64,000 bases of DNA from Bacillota bacterium (GTDB lineage Bacteria > Bacillota > Clostridia > Christensenellales > CAG-138): assembly GCA_038562375.1 (NCBI GenBank), contig JBCFAY010000016.1:5516-69515 (forward strand). The letters are read 5' to 3'. Numbering within the stretch: the stretch's first letter is position 1; the number at the start of each line of letters is the position of its first letter. Below are positions 37,867 through 47,325 of the stretch, piece after piece. The notes beneath the pieces are model-generated. The model did not search any database and had not been told where the DNA came from. It worked only from the letters and a program-made list of their open reading frames with translations. A program made the translations under genes and the position numbers.

Positions 37867-38316
37867 TCATGCCTGCTCCGGCGGAAGCGCGGAGGTGCAA
37901 TGCGGGCAGCGCGTAGCCAGATCGTCGATCTGCGTCCTGCAGTACGGGCAGATGCGCACGGGCTTCTCGGGAGCGGGCTCCTCCTGCTTTTTGTGGAGCT
38001 TGCTCAGGAGCTTTACGAGCAGGAACACGCAGACCGCCATCAGGAAAAAGTCGATCACGGTGGAGATGAACAGGCCGTAGTTCAGCGTGGACGAGCCCGC
38101 CGCCTGAGCGTCGGCGATGGTGAGGTATTTCTTTCCGTCCAGCGCGACAAAGAGCGCGCTCACGTCCATCTTGCCCGTCAGCAGGCTTATAAAGGGCATG
38201 AACAGGTCGTTGACAAGGCTCGATACGATCTTGCCGAACGCGCCGCCGATCATGACGCCGACCGCCAGATCGATCACGTTGCCGCGAAAGGCGAATTTCT
38301 TAAACTCCCGCCACAT
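37867..38316 (-). CDS. mscL: Large-conductance mechanosensitive channel with C-terminal Cys motif
   Basis: EFKKFAFRGNVIDLAVGV.IG.AF..IVSSLV.D; CPYC..CPHC tail. Confidence 0.95.
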   Translation of the reverse strand: MWREFKKFAFRGNVIDLAVGVMIGGAFGKIVSSLVNDLFMPFISLLTGKMDVSALFVALDGKKYLTIADAQAAGSSTLNYGLFISTVIDFFLMAVCVFLLVKLLSKLHKKQEEPAPEKPVRICPYCRTQIDDLATRCPHCTSALPPEQA

Positions 38317-38449
38317 TGCCGTTCCCTCCGATGCGTATTATTTCCTACAAACTATAGCATTTCATCGACGGCATTGCAAGGCGGGCTCCCCCGGCCGCCC
38401 AAAGAAAAAGAGCCGAACCCGTTTGGATTCGACTCTTTGCCTTATTCGT

Positions 38450-39778
38450 TTATTCGTTGCGGATCGCAGCGAGCGCGCTGAGCCGCATCGCCCGCCACGC
38501 CGGATACATGCCGCTCAACAGCGCCACGAAGATCGAAAACACGAGCGCGAAGAGCGCGAGGTAGAGCGGGATCACGCTCATCAGGCCGCTCTGCGTGACC
38601 AAAAGCATATTCAAGATCATGGATAGCCCGTAGCTCAGGCCGAGGCCCAGCGCACCGCCGAACAGGCCGATGAACGCGGCCTCCGCGAGGAACAGCGTCG
38701 CGATGTTGGACATGCGGCAGCCCAAAACCTTGATGATGCCGATCTCCTTGGTGCGCTCATAGATGCTCATCATCATCGTGTTCATGATGCCGATGGCCGC
38801 CACGAACAGCGAGATCGCGCCGATGCCGCCAAGCAGCAATTGAAGCTGGCGCGAGCTTTCCTTGGCCATCTCCAGCGCGTCCATCAGGCTGTAGGTGCCA
38901 AAGCCCATGGATTCGATGGACTCCTTGACATCGAGCACGCTGTCGACGTCGTCGCACTTTACCCAAACCTCGTTGTACTTGCTCGTATCGATGCCCATGA
39001 AGTCCTTGTTCTCTTTTGCGAGCTTCTTGAGCACGCCGATATCGATCAGGCTGTAGTACGCGTAATTGTTGCCCTCCTCCGCGAGGACGCCTACAGGCCG
39101 AACCTTATACATCTTCCCTTTGGGCGTGGTGTTGGGCGTTTCCTGTCCGGGGATCACGCCACCGCTGTTGTTATAGATATTGTTGTAATCGAACGTCAGC
39201 TCAAAGCGGGATCGCTCGAGGTTCACGAGCGGTTCACCCGTGCTGCTGATCGCCTGCTTGTAGTTCTGCGGGTTGTAAAAGTTCGTGAGCACATAGCTGC
39301 CGAACACGATCTCCACGGTGCTCGTCGAGCCCGATTCGGGCATGTGCCCGCTTGCGAGCTTAAAGCCAAACGCCTCGGCATTGGCAAGATCGATGCCCAT
39401 CAGCGTAAGATCCGTGACATATTTACCGCTCTTGCACATCCCCCAGGACTGCACGACCGGCATCACGGCCTCGACCCCGGGGATCGCCTTAAAGCTTTCC
39501 ACGCTGTCGTCGTCGAGCGTGACCTCCGTCGGCGCGCCCATCATGCCGCCGCCGGCTTTTGCTTCCTCGACATAGCGGTAGGAATTGACGGTGATAGTGG
39601 TCAGGCTCCCGAACTGCTCGAGGTTCTGCCGCTGCGCCTCATTGATCCCGATGCCGAGGGAAATCATCACCACGATGGACGCCGTGCCGATCACCATTCC
39701 GAGAACGGTCAGCGCCGCGCGGAGCTTGCGGCGCCAAAGGTTCATAAAGGCCATTCGGAGCAGGTCAGCGATCCTCAT
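38450..39778 (-). CDS. ABC transporter permease (MacB/FtsX family)
   Basis: R..LT.LG..IG, I..ISL.V..IGIMNTM..S..ERTKEIGI.K.LG, YPA.RA..L....A.R.E. Confidence 0.92.
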   Translation of the reverse strand: MRIADLLRMAFMNLWRRKLRAALTVLGMVIGTASIVVMISLGIGINEAQRQNLEQFGSLTTITVNSYRYVEEAKAGGGMMGAPTEVTLDDDSVESFKAIPGVEAVMPVVQSWGMCKSGKYVTDLTLMGIDLANAEAFGFKLASGHMPESGSTSTVEIVFGSYVLTNFYNPQNYKQAISSTGEPLVNLERSRFELTFDYNNIYNNSGGVIPGQETPNTTPKGKMYKVRPVGVLAEEGNNYAYYSLIDIGVLKKLAKENKDFMGIDTSKYNEVWVKCDDVDSVLDVKESIESMGFGTYSLMDALEMAKESSRQLQLLLGGIGAISLFVAAIGIMNTMMMSIYERTKEIGIIKVLGCRMSNIATLFLAEAAFIGLFGGALGLGLSYGLSMILNMLLVTQSGLMSVIPLYLALFALVFSIFVALLSGMYPAWRAMRLSALAAIRNE

Positions 39779-41512
39779 TTAATCCTCCTCCAATTCCCTC
39801 CTGCGACGGGCCTTGCGCACCTGGGTGATCACGATGAGCGCGATGATCGCTACGCCCACGGCGATACCGACGATGAGGAGGATCGGCGCCCCTGCGGGCT
39901 GCGGTTCGGGATTCATCCCTTCCTTGCCCGGGTCGATTTCCTCGGGCACGTAGTTTTCCATCACGTTGAGCTGGAAGGGCACCTTTTCGGTGTACTGTTT
40001 CCCGTAGACGTCCTCGTAGGTCACCACGATATTGGCCGAAATCGTTCCCGCGACGGAAGGAATAACGTTGAAGTCCGCGCCCATGTTCGAACCGGAGGTC
40101 ACGTTGCTGCCGTAATAGGGTTCCTCCATCCTCAGGCCGTCGCCCTCGACGTCCACCATCATGTTATAGACGGTGGATTTGCCCATGTTGTAGAGGCTGA
40201 ACGAAATCGACGCGGGCTGCTCGAGCATGGCGTCGCCATAGATGACAGGCTCGCCGAGCTTGAGGCGGATCGGCTGCGTTATGGGGAGCGAAAGCGTTTC
40301 CACCGCGTCGTAACTCGTGAGCGTCGTGCCGCCCTCGTAGCTGAAGGATACCGTGAGGATATGCGCCTTCGCGGCGATATCCGGCGCGCTCTGGAGGTTG
40401 ATCTCCGTCGTGACGGTGGACTCCTTGTTGATCTTGCTCACATAGAGCGTGTTGCTGCCCGAGGATGCGGGGAGTATGACGCCGTCGTCGTTTTTGACGG
40501 TGATTTTGAGGTTTTTGACCGCTTCGGTCGCGGAGGTGTTCAGTAGCTCCATCGTCAGCTTAAACTGTTGCCCGGCGATCAGCTGCTCGGGATCAAGCTG
40601 ATAGGATTTGATGATCACTTTTGGGACGGAGGTCGCGATCGGTTTGCCGTCCGTGCCGGTCGAGGGCGTCGCGCCCTTGACGACGGTGACGAACACCTTG
40701 AACTGCGTCGTCTCGGCAACGCCGTTTACATAATATACCGCGTTGAACGTAACGGGCTTGATGCCCGAGGTTGCGCTCTTAGAGATCTTGAACTGGTACT
40801 CGATCACTGCTTTGGCCCCCGCTGGAAGGTCCGGCAGGCTGCGCTTATATTCGAGCTCCGTGATCTCGAACGGGAATTCATCAAGATTTGAGGAAAGCTG
40901 CGGCATGATCTCCGCGCCGGTCACATAGGCGGTAGCGCCGGAAAGCGACCCGTTGCCGCGGTTTTTGATCGGCAGGCGGATCGTGATCGTATCACCGGCG
41001 TCGCCGCTGGGCGCAGGAATGACCGCGCCGGTCAGGTCGGTCGAATCGAGCACGAGCGCCGAAAGTTTCGCGCCCTGGTTTTCGTCATCGGAACTTGGGG
41101 CTTCGGTAGCAATGTAAACGGGGAACGACACCGCCTCTTCCTTAAGTGGATCAGTACCGGCATAATAGCAAAAAGTTAATGGTACCCCGGAGCCAGATGC
41201 ATATGCCGCGAATTTAGAAATATCCGTGGCAGTGAGCGTAAATGTCCCGGCAGCCATCTCACCAACATCAACCTCCATAGGCGCGAACTGCACGCTGAAA
41301 TTGTTGTTGGGTGATTTAATCGAAACAAGACTGATCTTACCCGGTCCGGTCATATTATCCAACGTGAAATAGGCGGTTGCACTTTTGGCGGTCACAATGA
41401 TCGGCTGCTGGTTCACAAAATCATCAGCGGCGGCCAACGCCGTCCCAACCGGCAGGCAGGCCAAAATCAGTATCGCCGCAAGCAATGCGCAAAAGAACCG
41501 TTTCCTGTTCAT
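39779..41512 (-). CDS. Secreted, C-terminally anchored Ig-like/COG1361-type protein partnering the ABC exporter
   Basis: Signal peptide, repeated beta-rich domains (PKVII, N.GK...YN), C-terminal TM followed by a basic stretch. Confidence 0.75.
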   Translation of the reverse strand: MNRKRFFCALLAAILILACLPVGTALAAADDFVNQQPIIVTAKSATAYFTLDNMTGPGKISLVSIKSPNNNFSVQFAPMEVDVGEMAAGTFTLTATDISKFAAYASGSGVPLTFCYYAGTDPLKEEAVSFPVYIATEAPSSDDENQGAKLSALVLDSTDLTGAVIPAPSGDAGDTITIRLPIKNRGNGSLSGATAYVTGAEIMPQLSSNLDEFPFEITELEYKRSLPDLPAGAKAVIEYQFKISKSATSGIKPVTFNAVYYVNGVAETTQFKVFVTVVKGATPSTGTDGKPIATSVPKVIIKSYQLDPEQLIAGQQFKLTMELLNTSATEAVKNLKITVKNDDGVILPASSGSNTLYVSKINKESTVTTEINLQSAPDIAAKAHILTVSFSYEGGTTLTSYDAVETLSLPITQPIRLKLGEPVIYGDAMLEQPASISFSLYNMGKSTVYNMMVDVEGDGLRMEEPYYGSNVTSGSNMGADFNVIPSVAGTISANIVVTYEDVYGKQYTEKVPFQLNVMENYVPEEIDPGKEGMNPEPQPAGAPILLIVGIAVGVAIIALIVITQVRKARRRRELEED

Positions 41513-41572
41513 GATACCCCTCCCGGGAGCCGTTGGGCTCCACGCTACTCTAATGTATGATAAAATAACAAT

Positions 41573-42280
41573 TTATGCCGTTTCTATCTGCTGCACCTTG
41601 CCGTCGAGCAGGTTGATGACCACGTCCGCATAGGATGAGATCCCGGGATCGTGCGTTACCATCACCAGCGTGCGCCCCTGGGATTTGACGATGTCCCAGA
41701 TGAGCTTTAATACCTCGTCCGAGGTCTTGGAATCGAGGTTACCGGTCGGCTCGTCCGCGAAGACGATTTCCGGATCGCTCACCAGCGCGCGCGCGATGCC
41801 CACGCGCTGCTGCTGGCCGCCGCTCATCTGCGTGGGCTTGTGGTTTAGGTGCGTTCCAAGGCCGACGGCTTTGAGGATCTCCCTGGCCTTTTTTTCGCGC
41901 TTATATTTTTCTATGCCGCGAAACGCGAGCGGAAGCGCCACGTTTTCAAGCGCGGTGTAATAGGGCATAAGGTTGAAGGATTGAAAGATGAACCCCACAT
42001 GTTGCTGCCTAAATAGGATCAGCTCGCTCTGGGTCATCCTTTCCACATGCATGTTGGCGACGACAATCTCACCGGAGGTTGGTTTTTCGAGCCCCGCGAG
42101 CACGTTCAGGAGCGTTGACTTCCCCGAGCCGGACCGCCCGATGATGCAGCAGCATTCCCCGGCGGGCACACACAGATCCACTCCGTTGAGCGCGTTGATG
42201 CTCACGCTGCCCACGCGATAGATTTTCTTGACGTTGCGCACATCGATCGCGTTTGCGGCGGCCTGCCGAATCGCTTCCAT
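41573..42280 (-). CDS. ABC transporter ATP-binding protein (MacB/LolD type)
   Basis: GRSGSGKST, SGGQQQRV, ADEPTGNLD, VTHD; start at ATG 42280. Confidence 0.93.
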   Translation of the reverse strand: MEAIRQAAANAIDVRNVKKIYRVGSVSINALNGVDLCVPAGECCCIIGRSGSGKSTLLNVLAGLEKPTSGEIVVANMHVERMTQSELILFRQQHVGFIFQSFNLMPYYTALENVALPLAFRGIEKYKREKKAREILKAVGLGTHLNHKPTQMSGGQQQRVGIARALVSDPEIVFADEPTGNLDSKTSDEVLKLIWDIVKSQGRTLVMVTHDPGISSYADVVINLLDGKVQQIETA

Positions 42281-42422
42281 GCCATCCCCCCTTTCAGCCG
42301 CTCTATTATATAACAACCCAAAGAAAAAAGACATATGATATTTGTGTGTTTTATGACAATATAGGGCGATAACAATATAACGTTTTTGCTTTTGTTCTAG
42401 TTGCATCCTATCTTAACGATTT

Positions 42423-42462
42423 TTGTGAAATAATTGACATTGAAGGGCTTTGAGCTTATGAT
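42423..42462 (+). promoter_or_regulatory. hydA promoter with overlapping Rex-like operator
   Basis: TTGACA-N17-TATGAT (42434-42462); TTGTGAAATAATTGACAT (42423-42440) versus the Rex consensus TTGTGAA-N4-TTCACAA. Confidence 0.65.
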
Positions 42463-42538
42463 TGGTTTGGGCTTTCCGTCAAAGCAAACCATAACCATAT
42501 ATTGTATGCCGTAAAATAATCCAAGGAAGGATCAAAAC

Positions 42539-44284
42539 ATGTCTGTTGCAATCAAGATCAACGGAAATGTCGTCCATGCGCAGGAAGGGAGCACCGTGCT
42601 CGACGCCGCGATGGCCGCGGGCATCCGCATCCCGACGCTGTGCAACCTCAAGGACATCAACAACATCGGCGCTTGCAGGATGTGCCTTGTCGAGGACGCA
42701 AAAACGAAGAGGCTTCAGGCGTCCTGCGTGCTTCCCGTCTCGGAAGGCATGGAGGTTATCACCAATTCGCCCCGCGTGCTCCAGGCGCGCAGGGCGGTGC
42801 TCGAATTGCTCCTTTCCGATCACGACCGCTCCTGCCTGACCTGCAAGCGCAATCAGAGCTGCGAGCTTCAGGCGCTCTGCGATGAGCTCGGCATCATCGA
42901 GATCGAGTTCGAAGGCGTGCGCAATATCAAGACCATCGACGAGTATTCCCCCAGCATCGTCCGCGACAACAACAAGTGCATCCTCTGCCGACGCTGCGTC
43001 GCCGCCTGCGACAATATCCAGCGCGTCTATGCGATCGGCATGCAGAACCGCGGATACCGCACTCAGATCGGCTCAAAGTTTGAAAAGAGCCTCAATGACA
43101 TCGCCTGCATCAACTGCGGCCAGTGCATCGCGGCTTGCCCGACCGCCGCCTTGACGGAGAAGGACTCGACAAGGGAGGTTTGGGATGCGCTCGGCGACCC
43201 GAACAAATTCGTCGTATTCCAGCCCGCCCCGGCCGTGCGCGTCGCCATCGGCGAGGAGTTCGGCCTTCCGGTCGGGACGCGCTGCACCGGCAAGCTTGCC
43301 GCCGCGATGCGCAGGCTCGGCGCGGACCGCGTGTTCGACGTGGATTTCGGCGCGGACCTGACGATCATGGAAGAGGGCACGGAGTTGCTCCAGCGCATCA
43401 AAAACGGCGGTGTGCTGCCCATGATCACCTCCTGCAGCCCCGGCTGGGTCAAGTTCTGCGAGCATTTCTATCCGGAGTTTCTGCCGAATCTTTCCACCTG
43501 CAAGAGCCCCAACCAGATGCAGGGCGCGGTCACGAAGACCTGTTTTGCACAGAGGAACGGACTTGATCCGAAGGATGTCTTCGTCGCCGCGGTGATGCCG
43601 TGCACTGCCAAGAAATTCGAGCGCACGCGGCCCGGCATGGGCAGGGACGGCTACAGCGATGTGGATGCGGTGCTGACGACCCGGGAGTTCGCGCGCATGG
43701 TCAAGCAGGCCTCGATCGATTTTGCGAATCTGCCGGATGAGGAATTCGACACCTTCTTCGGCGAATCCACCGGCGCGGCCGTGATATTCGGCGTAACGGG
43801 CGGGGTCATGGAGGCGGCGCTCCGCACGGTGGCCGATCAACTCGCCGGGCAGGATATGGAAAAGCTCGACTATACCGACGTGCGCGGCCTCGAGGGCATC
43901 AAGGAAGCCACGGTGTCCGTCGCGGGCATGGATATCCGTGTTGCGATCGCGCACGGCACCGCAAACGCCGCCCAGCTCCTCGATTGCATCAAGGCAGGCA
44001 AGGCGCAGTATCACTTTATCGAGGTCATGGGTTGCCCCGGCGGCTGCATCACCGGTGGCGGGCAGCCGATCGTGGACGCGCGCGCACGTTACGGGGTGGA
44101 TACGGGCAAAGCGCGCGCCAAGGCGATCTATGATGCCGACGCCGCGATGACGATCCGCAAGTCGCACAAGAACCCCGCGATCCTCAAGCTCTATGAGGAG
44201 TTCCTGGGCGAACCGAACAGCCACAAGGCGCATGAGCTGCTGCACACGACCTATCGCCCGAGGGACAAATACTCGAACGCGTAA
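42539..44284 (+). CDS. hydA: [FeFe] hydrogenase catalytic subunit, group A
   Basis: 2Fe-2S, His-ligated 4Fe-4S (HDRSCLTC), two 4Fe-4S motifs; H-cluster motifs TSCSPGW, MPCTAKKFE, EVMGCPGGC..GGGQP. Confidence 0.95.
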   Translation: MSVAIKINGNVVHAQEGSTVLDAAMAAGIRIPTLCNLKDINNIGACRMCLVEDAKTKRLQASCVLPVSEGMEVITNSPRVLQARRAVLELLLSDHDRSCLTCKRNQSCELQALCDELGIIEIEFEGVRNIKTIDEYSPSIVRDNNKCILCRRCVAACDNIQRVYAIGMQNRGYRTQIGSKFEKSLNDIACINCGQCIAACPTAALTEKDSTREVWDALGDPNKFVVFQPAPAVRVAIGEEFGLPVGTRCTGKLAAAMRRLGADRVFDVDFGADLTIMEEGTELLQRIKNGGVLPMITSCSPGWVKFCEHFYPEFLPNLSTCKSPNQMQGAVTKTCFAQRNGLDPKDVFVAAVMPCTAKKFERTRPGMGRDGYSDVDAVLTTREFARMVKQASIDFANLPDEEFDTFFGESTGAAVIFGVTGGVMEAALRTVADQLAGQDMEKLDYTDVRGLEGIKEATVSVAGMDIRVAIAHGTANAAQLLDCIKAGKAQYHFIEVMGCPGGCITGGGQPIVDARARYGVDTGKARAKAIYDADAAMTIRKSHKNPAILKLYEEFLGEPNSHKAHELLHTTYRPRDKYSNA

Positions 44285-44326
44285 CGCATCGGCCAATCCA
44301 TATTAAAAAGAGAAAGAATCGTACGC

Positions 44327-44588
44327 CCCCGTCCAAAAGACGGGGGCGGCAGACTGTCGAAAAAGTGGATCCCTCCACTTTTTCGAAGCTCACCGTGCAT
44401 TTTCGGTCCTCGGTTCTCGCAGTTGCTTCGAACTGTCGAACCGAAAAGCACTTCAAGGTGTCATTTTGCACCGCACATGTCGCTGCAAAATGACGGATTG
44501 AAAGCCTCTGGCCGCACAAGTAGATCGCACGTCGCTTTTTATGAGGGTTTATTGATAGGCTGGCATCCCCGTCCAAAAGACGGGGGCG
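44327..44588. mobile_element. Structured repeat element, copy 3 (44349-44566), between exact 22 bp direct repeats of a terminator-like hairpin
   Basis: CCCCGTCCAAAAGACGGGGGCG at 44327-44348 and 44567-44588; imperfect inverted ends CAGACTGTCGAAAAA / TTTATTGATAGGCTG. Confidence 0.75.
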
Positions 44589-44694
44589 TATTGTAAAACG
44601 CCTTATCGGCAAACTGAACAAGGCTTTTCCGGCAAAAGGAAAGCGCTCATCCCTTCCCTGTGCTCATGCGTTCGCAGGCGCGCACCTTCGGCGT

Positions 44695-45447
44695 TCAAAC
44701 AAACCATTCCACCGGATTGTGCTCCAGATACGGCAATAAATATGTGCGCATGTTCGTTCCGTCGAATTGCCATGCGCCCGTAGGACAGATCGAACAGCAT
44801 TTTACGCAAACGATGCATCGTTCGGGGTCAACCCGCATGCTTTGCGGATCGATCGCCTCGGTGGGGCATTCGGCCGCGCAAATGCCGCAGTACGTGCAGC
44901 TCGCTTCATCCCATGTTTTTGAAAAGGATCTTAACTGACGTCTTTTCGGCTCCGCCTCGCCGGGCAAAAGCGCCGCCGAATAAGGGGGATTGTCAAGCTT
45001 TTGCATGATTGCCTGCGCAAAGGCGGAAAAGGCGGGCATGTCCTCTTCATCGGGGCGGCCTTTGCCCATTTCCTCCAAATAGCAATGCGGTATGATGCAG
45101 GCGATTCCGCCGAGGCATACGAAGCCCTGCCGTTCGAGCTTTGCCCCAAGCTGCGCGGGCAGATTCTCATACTCGCGGTTTCCGTAGGCCGCCATCACCG
45201 CGCAGGGCGTCCTGTCGCCCATAAGGTTTTCAAACAAGCGCGCGACCATCGGAAGCTGCCCTAAATATACGGGGCAGGCCGCGATCAGCAGCGTATCCGG
45301 CGTAAGGTCATATCGTTGTTCGCGGTTTTCCGGCCTGGTGAGATCAAGATAGGCTGCCGGGAGATCGAACCGATCCGCCAAAAGCTGCGCCGCACGCTTT
45401 GTTCCGCCCGTCGGACTAAAATACGCAATGGTAATGGAAGTTACCAT
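44695..45447 (-). CDS. EFR1-type flavodoxin/ferredoxin fusion protein
   Basis: YFSPTGGT, PVY.G, YGNR.YE, then two CxxCxxCxxxCP motifs. Confidence 0.9.
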   Translation of the reverse strand: MVTSITIAYFSPTGGTKRAAQLLADRFDLPAAYLDLTRPENREQRYDLTPDTLLIAACPVYLGQLPMVARLFENLMGDRTPCAVMAAYGNREYENLPAQLGAKLERQGFVCLGGIACIIPHCYLEEMGKGRPDEEDMPAFSAFAQAIMQKLDNPPYSAALLPGEAEPKRRQLRSFSKTWDEASCTYCGICAAECPTEAIDPQSMRVDPERCIVCVKCCSICPTGAWQFDGTNMRTYLLPYLEHNPVEWFV

Positions 45448-45702
45448 ATGGTTCCTCCTGTACAAAACTTTATAATTATGAGTTAATTTTAATATGCATT
45501 ATGCCAAGATCCGCAATAAGGCCGTGCCGTTATTTATCGTACTCCATTTTATACATAAACGCAAGGCGACAAGGTTTAAGATGCACTGCCTCCGAAACGA
45601 CAGCCAATGCCACTTTTTCGATAGAATCCGCGTTTTTTCTTATGGGACTTGTATCTTTTTTTTAGTTAAGGTAGCATAGTGCTCATGGAGGAGAACGCAT
45701 AT

Positions 45703-47049
45703 ATGGAAAATCACATTGAGGAACATCCGAACAATCCTTCCGGCAAAGCGCCAAAGAAGAAGATGGGCTGGCTCGGAAGGATTCTTATCATAGTCGGGAT
45801 ACTGGTCGTGCTTGCGCTCGCGGCCGTCGCCGTGCTGGGCTTTAATCTTCTGAACCGCCTTTCCCGTCCACAGGTGCCCACGAGCTTTGAACAGGAGGAT
45901 ACCCCGCAGCCGACCGCGTCCCCGACGGCGCAGCCCGGCGCCTCGCCGCTGCCCACGTTTACGCCAGCGCCGACGGAAATGCCGCTCCTCCCGCTCAACG
46001 AGCTCTATGCGCAGACGCAGCTTACCTCCGAGCAGTACGCCGCCATGGACGCGCACAACAAGGATACGTCGAACTACACCAACATTCTTCTACTGGGCGT
46101 CGATCGGCGTTCCTCCACGGGCAACGCGCGGTCGGATACGATGATGATCGCTACGATCGATAAAAAGAACAAGCGCATCAAGCTCACCTCGCTCATGCGC
46201 GATCTTTTGGTGGATATCCCCGGCGTCGGCGAAGGGCGGCTCAACAGCGCGACGACGAAGGGCGGCATCCCGCTTTTGATGCAGACCCTCGAGCACAATC
46301 TGCACATAACGCTCAAGCAGTATATCCTTGTGGATTTCAGGATGTTCCAGAAGATCGTCGACAAGCTTGGCGGCGTAACCGTCCGAATGACGACGGCGGA
46401 AATCAGCGCCGCGAACGACTGCATCGCCGGGCTCAATAAGGAATGGGGCGTCGATTATCTGTGGGACGGGTTCATCTTCGCCAACGCGGGCAACGTCAAG
46501 CTGACCGGGAAGCAGGCGCTCGGCTTCGCGCGCGTCCGCCATATCGACAGCGATTTTTCCCGCACCGACCGGCAGTTTAAGATCTTGAGCGCGATATTCG
46601 CGAAATTCATGACTCGATCGCTCACGCAGAAATACGATATCCTCTATGATCTGATGCCGATGGTGGAAACCAACCTGACCAACGCCGAGATCATCGACGC
46701 GGCCATGGGCGTTCTCGGCACAGGCGTAGACGGGATGCTGCATTACCGCGTACCTGCGGACAATACCTACCGCTCCAGCAGGTACGAAGGCAGCGCCGTG
46801 CTCATAGGCGACCTGTCGCAGAACGCGTGGCTCGCGCACGAGTTTATATTTGAATCGACCGAGGTTCCCGACCCTGCCAAGGTGCTCTCGCCCGGCAAAT
46901 CCAACCCGCCGCGCACCCCGAGCCCTTCGCAGACCCCGATCATCCTCACGCCGGAGCCTATTGACGGCGGCGGCGAACTCGGAACGGGGCTTGCCCCGAT
47001 CGTGACGCCCACGCCGACCCCGACGCCCGCGCTCCCTTCCCCGGGCTAA
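45703..47049 (+). CDS. LCP (LytR-CpsA-Psr) family cell wall glycopolymer ligase
   Basis: TM anchor, NILLLGVD, RSDTMM, S.MRD, G.QAL.FAR.R..DSDF.RT.RQ; PT-rich tail. Confidence 0.92.
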   Translation: MENHIEEHPNNPSGKAPKKKMGWLGRILIIVGILVVLALAAVAVLGFNLLNRLSRPQVPTSFEQEDTPQPTASPTAQPGASPLPTFTPAPTEMPLLPLNELYAQTQLTSEQYAAMDAHNKDTSNYTNILLLGVDRRSSTGNARSDTMMIATIDKKNKRIKLTSLMRDLLVDIPGVGEGRLNSATTKGGIPLLMQTLEHNLHITLKQYILVDFRMFQKIVDKLGGVTVRMTTAEISAANDCIAGLNKEWGVDYLWDGFIFANAGNVKLTGKQALGFARVRHIDSDFSRTDRQFKILSAIFAKFMTRSLTQKYDILYDLMPMVETNLTNAEIIDAAMGVLGTGVDGMLHYRVPADNTYRSSRYEGSAVLIGDLSQNAWLAHEFIFESTEVPDPAKVLSPGKSNPPRTPSPSQTPIILTPEPIDGGGELGTGLAPIVTPTPTPTPALPSPG

Positions 47050-47065
47050 GGCTTCAAACAATTTC

Positions 47066-47088
47066 GCCCCGCGCAAGCGGGGCTTTTT
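47066..47088 (+). terminator. Terminator after the LCP gene
   Basis: GCCCCGC-GCAA-GCGGGGC-TTTTT. Confidence 0.8.
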
Positions 47089-47122
47089 GCTGCACCAACC
47101 CGGGGTGCCGGACATATTCTGT

Positions 47123-47291
47123 TTATGGTAAGGGGAATCAAACCCAAGCGGCTTAGAGAGCGGGAAAAGCATCCCCTGCGTGTCGTCCGCCCTCGCCTTT
47201 GCTCCGCCGCTCCTTTATTCCGCCGCCTTAACCGCCATATTTTTTGCTTTTTAATTCTTGAGGCGCTCGGGTTCGCACCCCTTGCCCTGAA
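47123..47291. repeat. Palindromic intergenic repeat, family 2 copy B
   Basis: Inverted ends GGTAAGGGGAATCAAACCCAAGCG / CGCTCGGGTTCGCACCCCTTGCC resemble the ends of 12295-12477. Confidence 0.5.
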
Positions 47292-47325
47292 CGAAGTCCG
47301 CTGTTCCTATCCTGCGATTGAGGGG

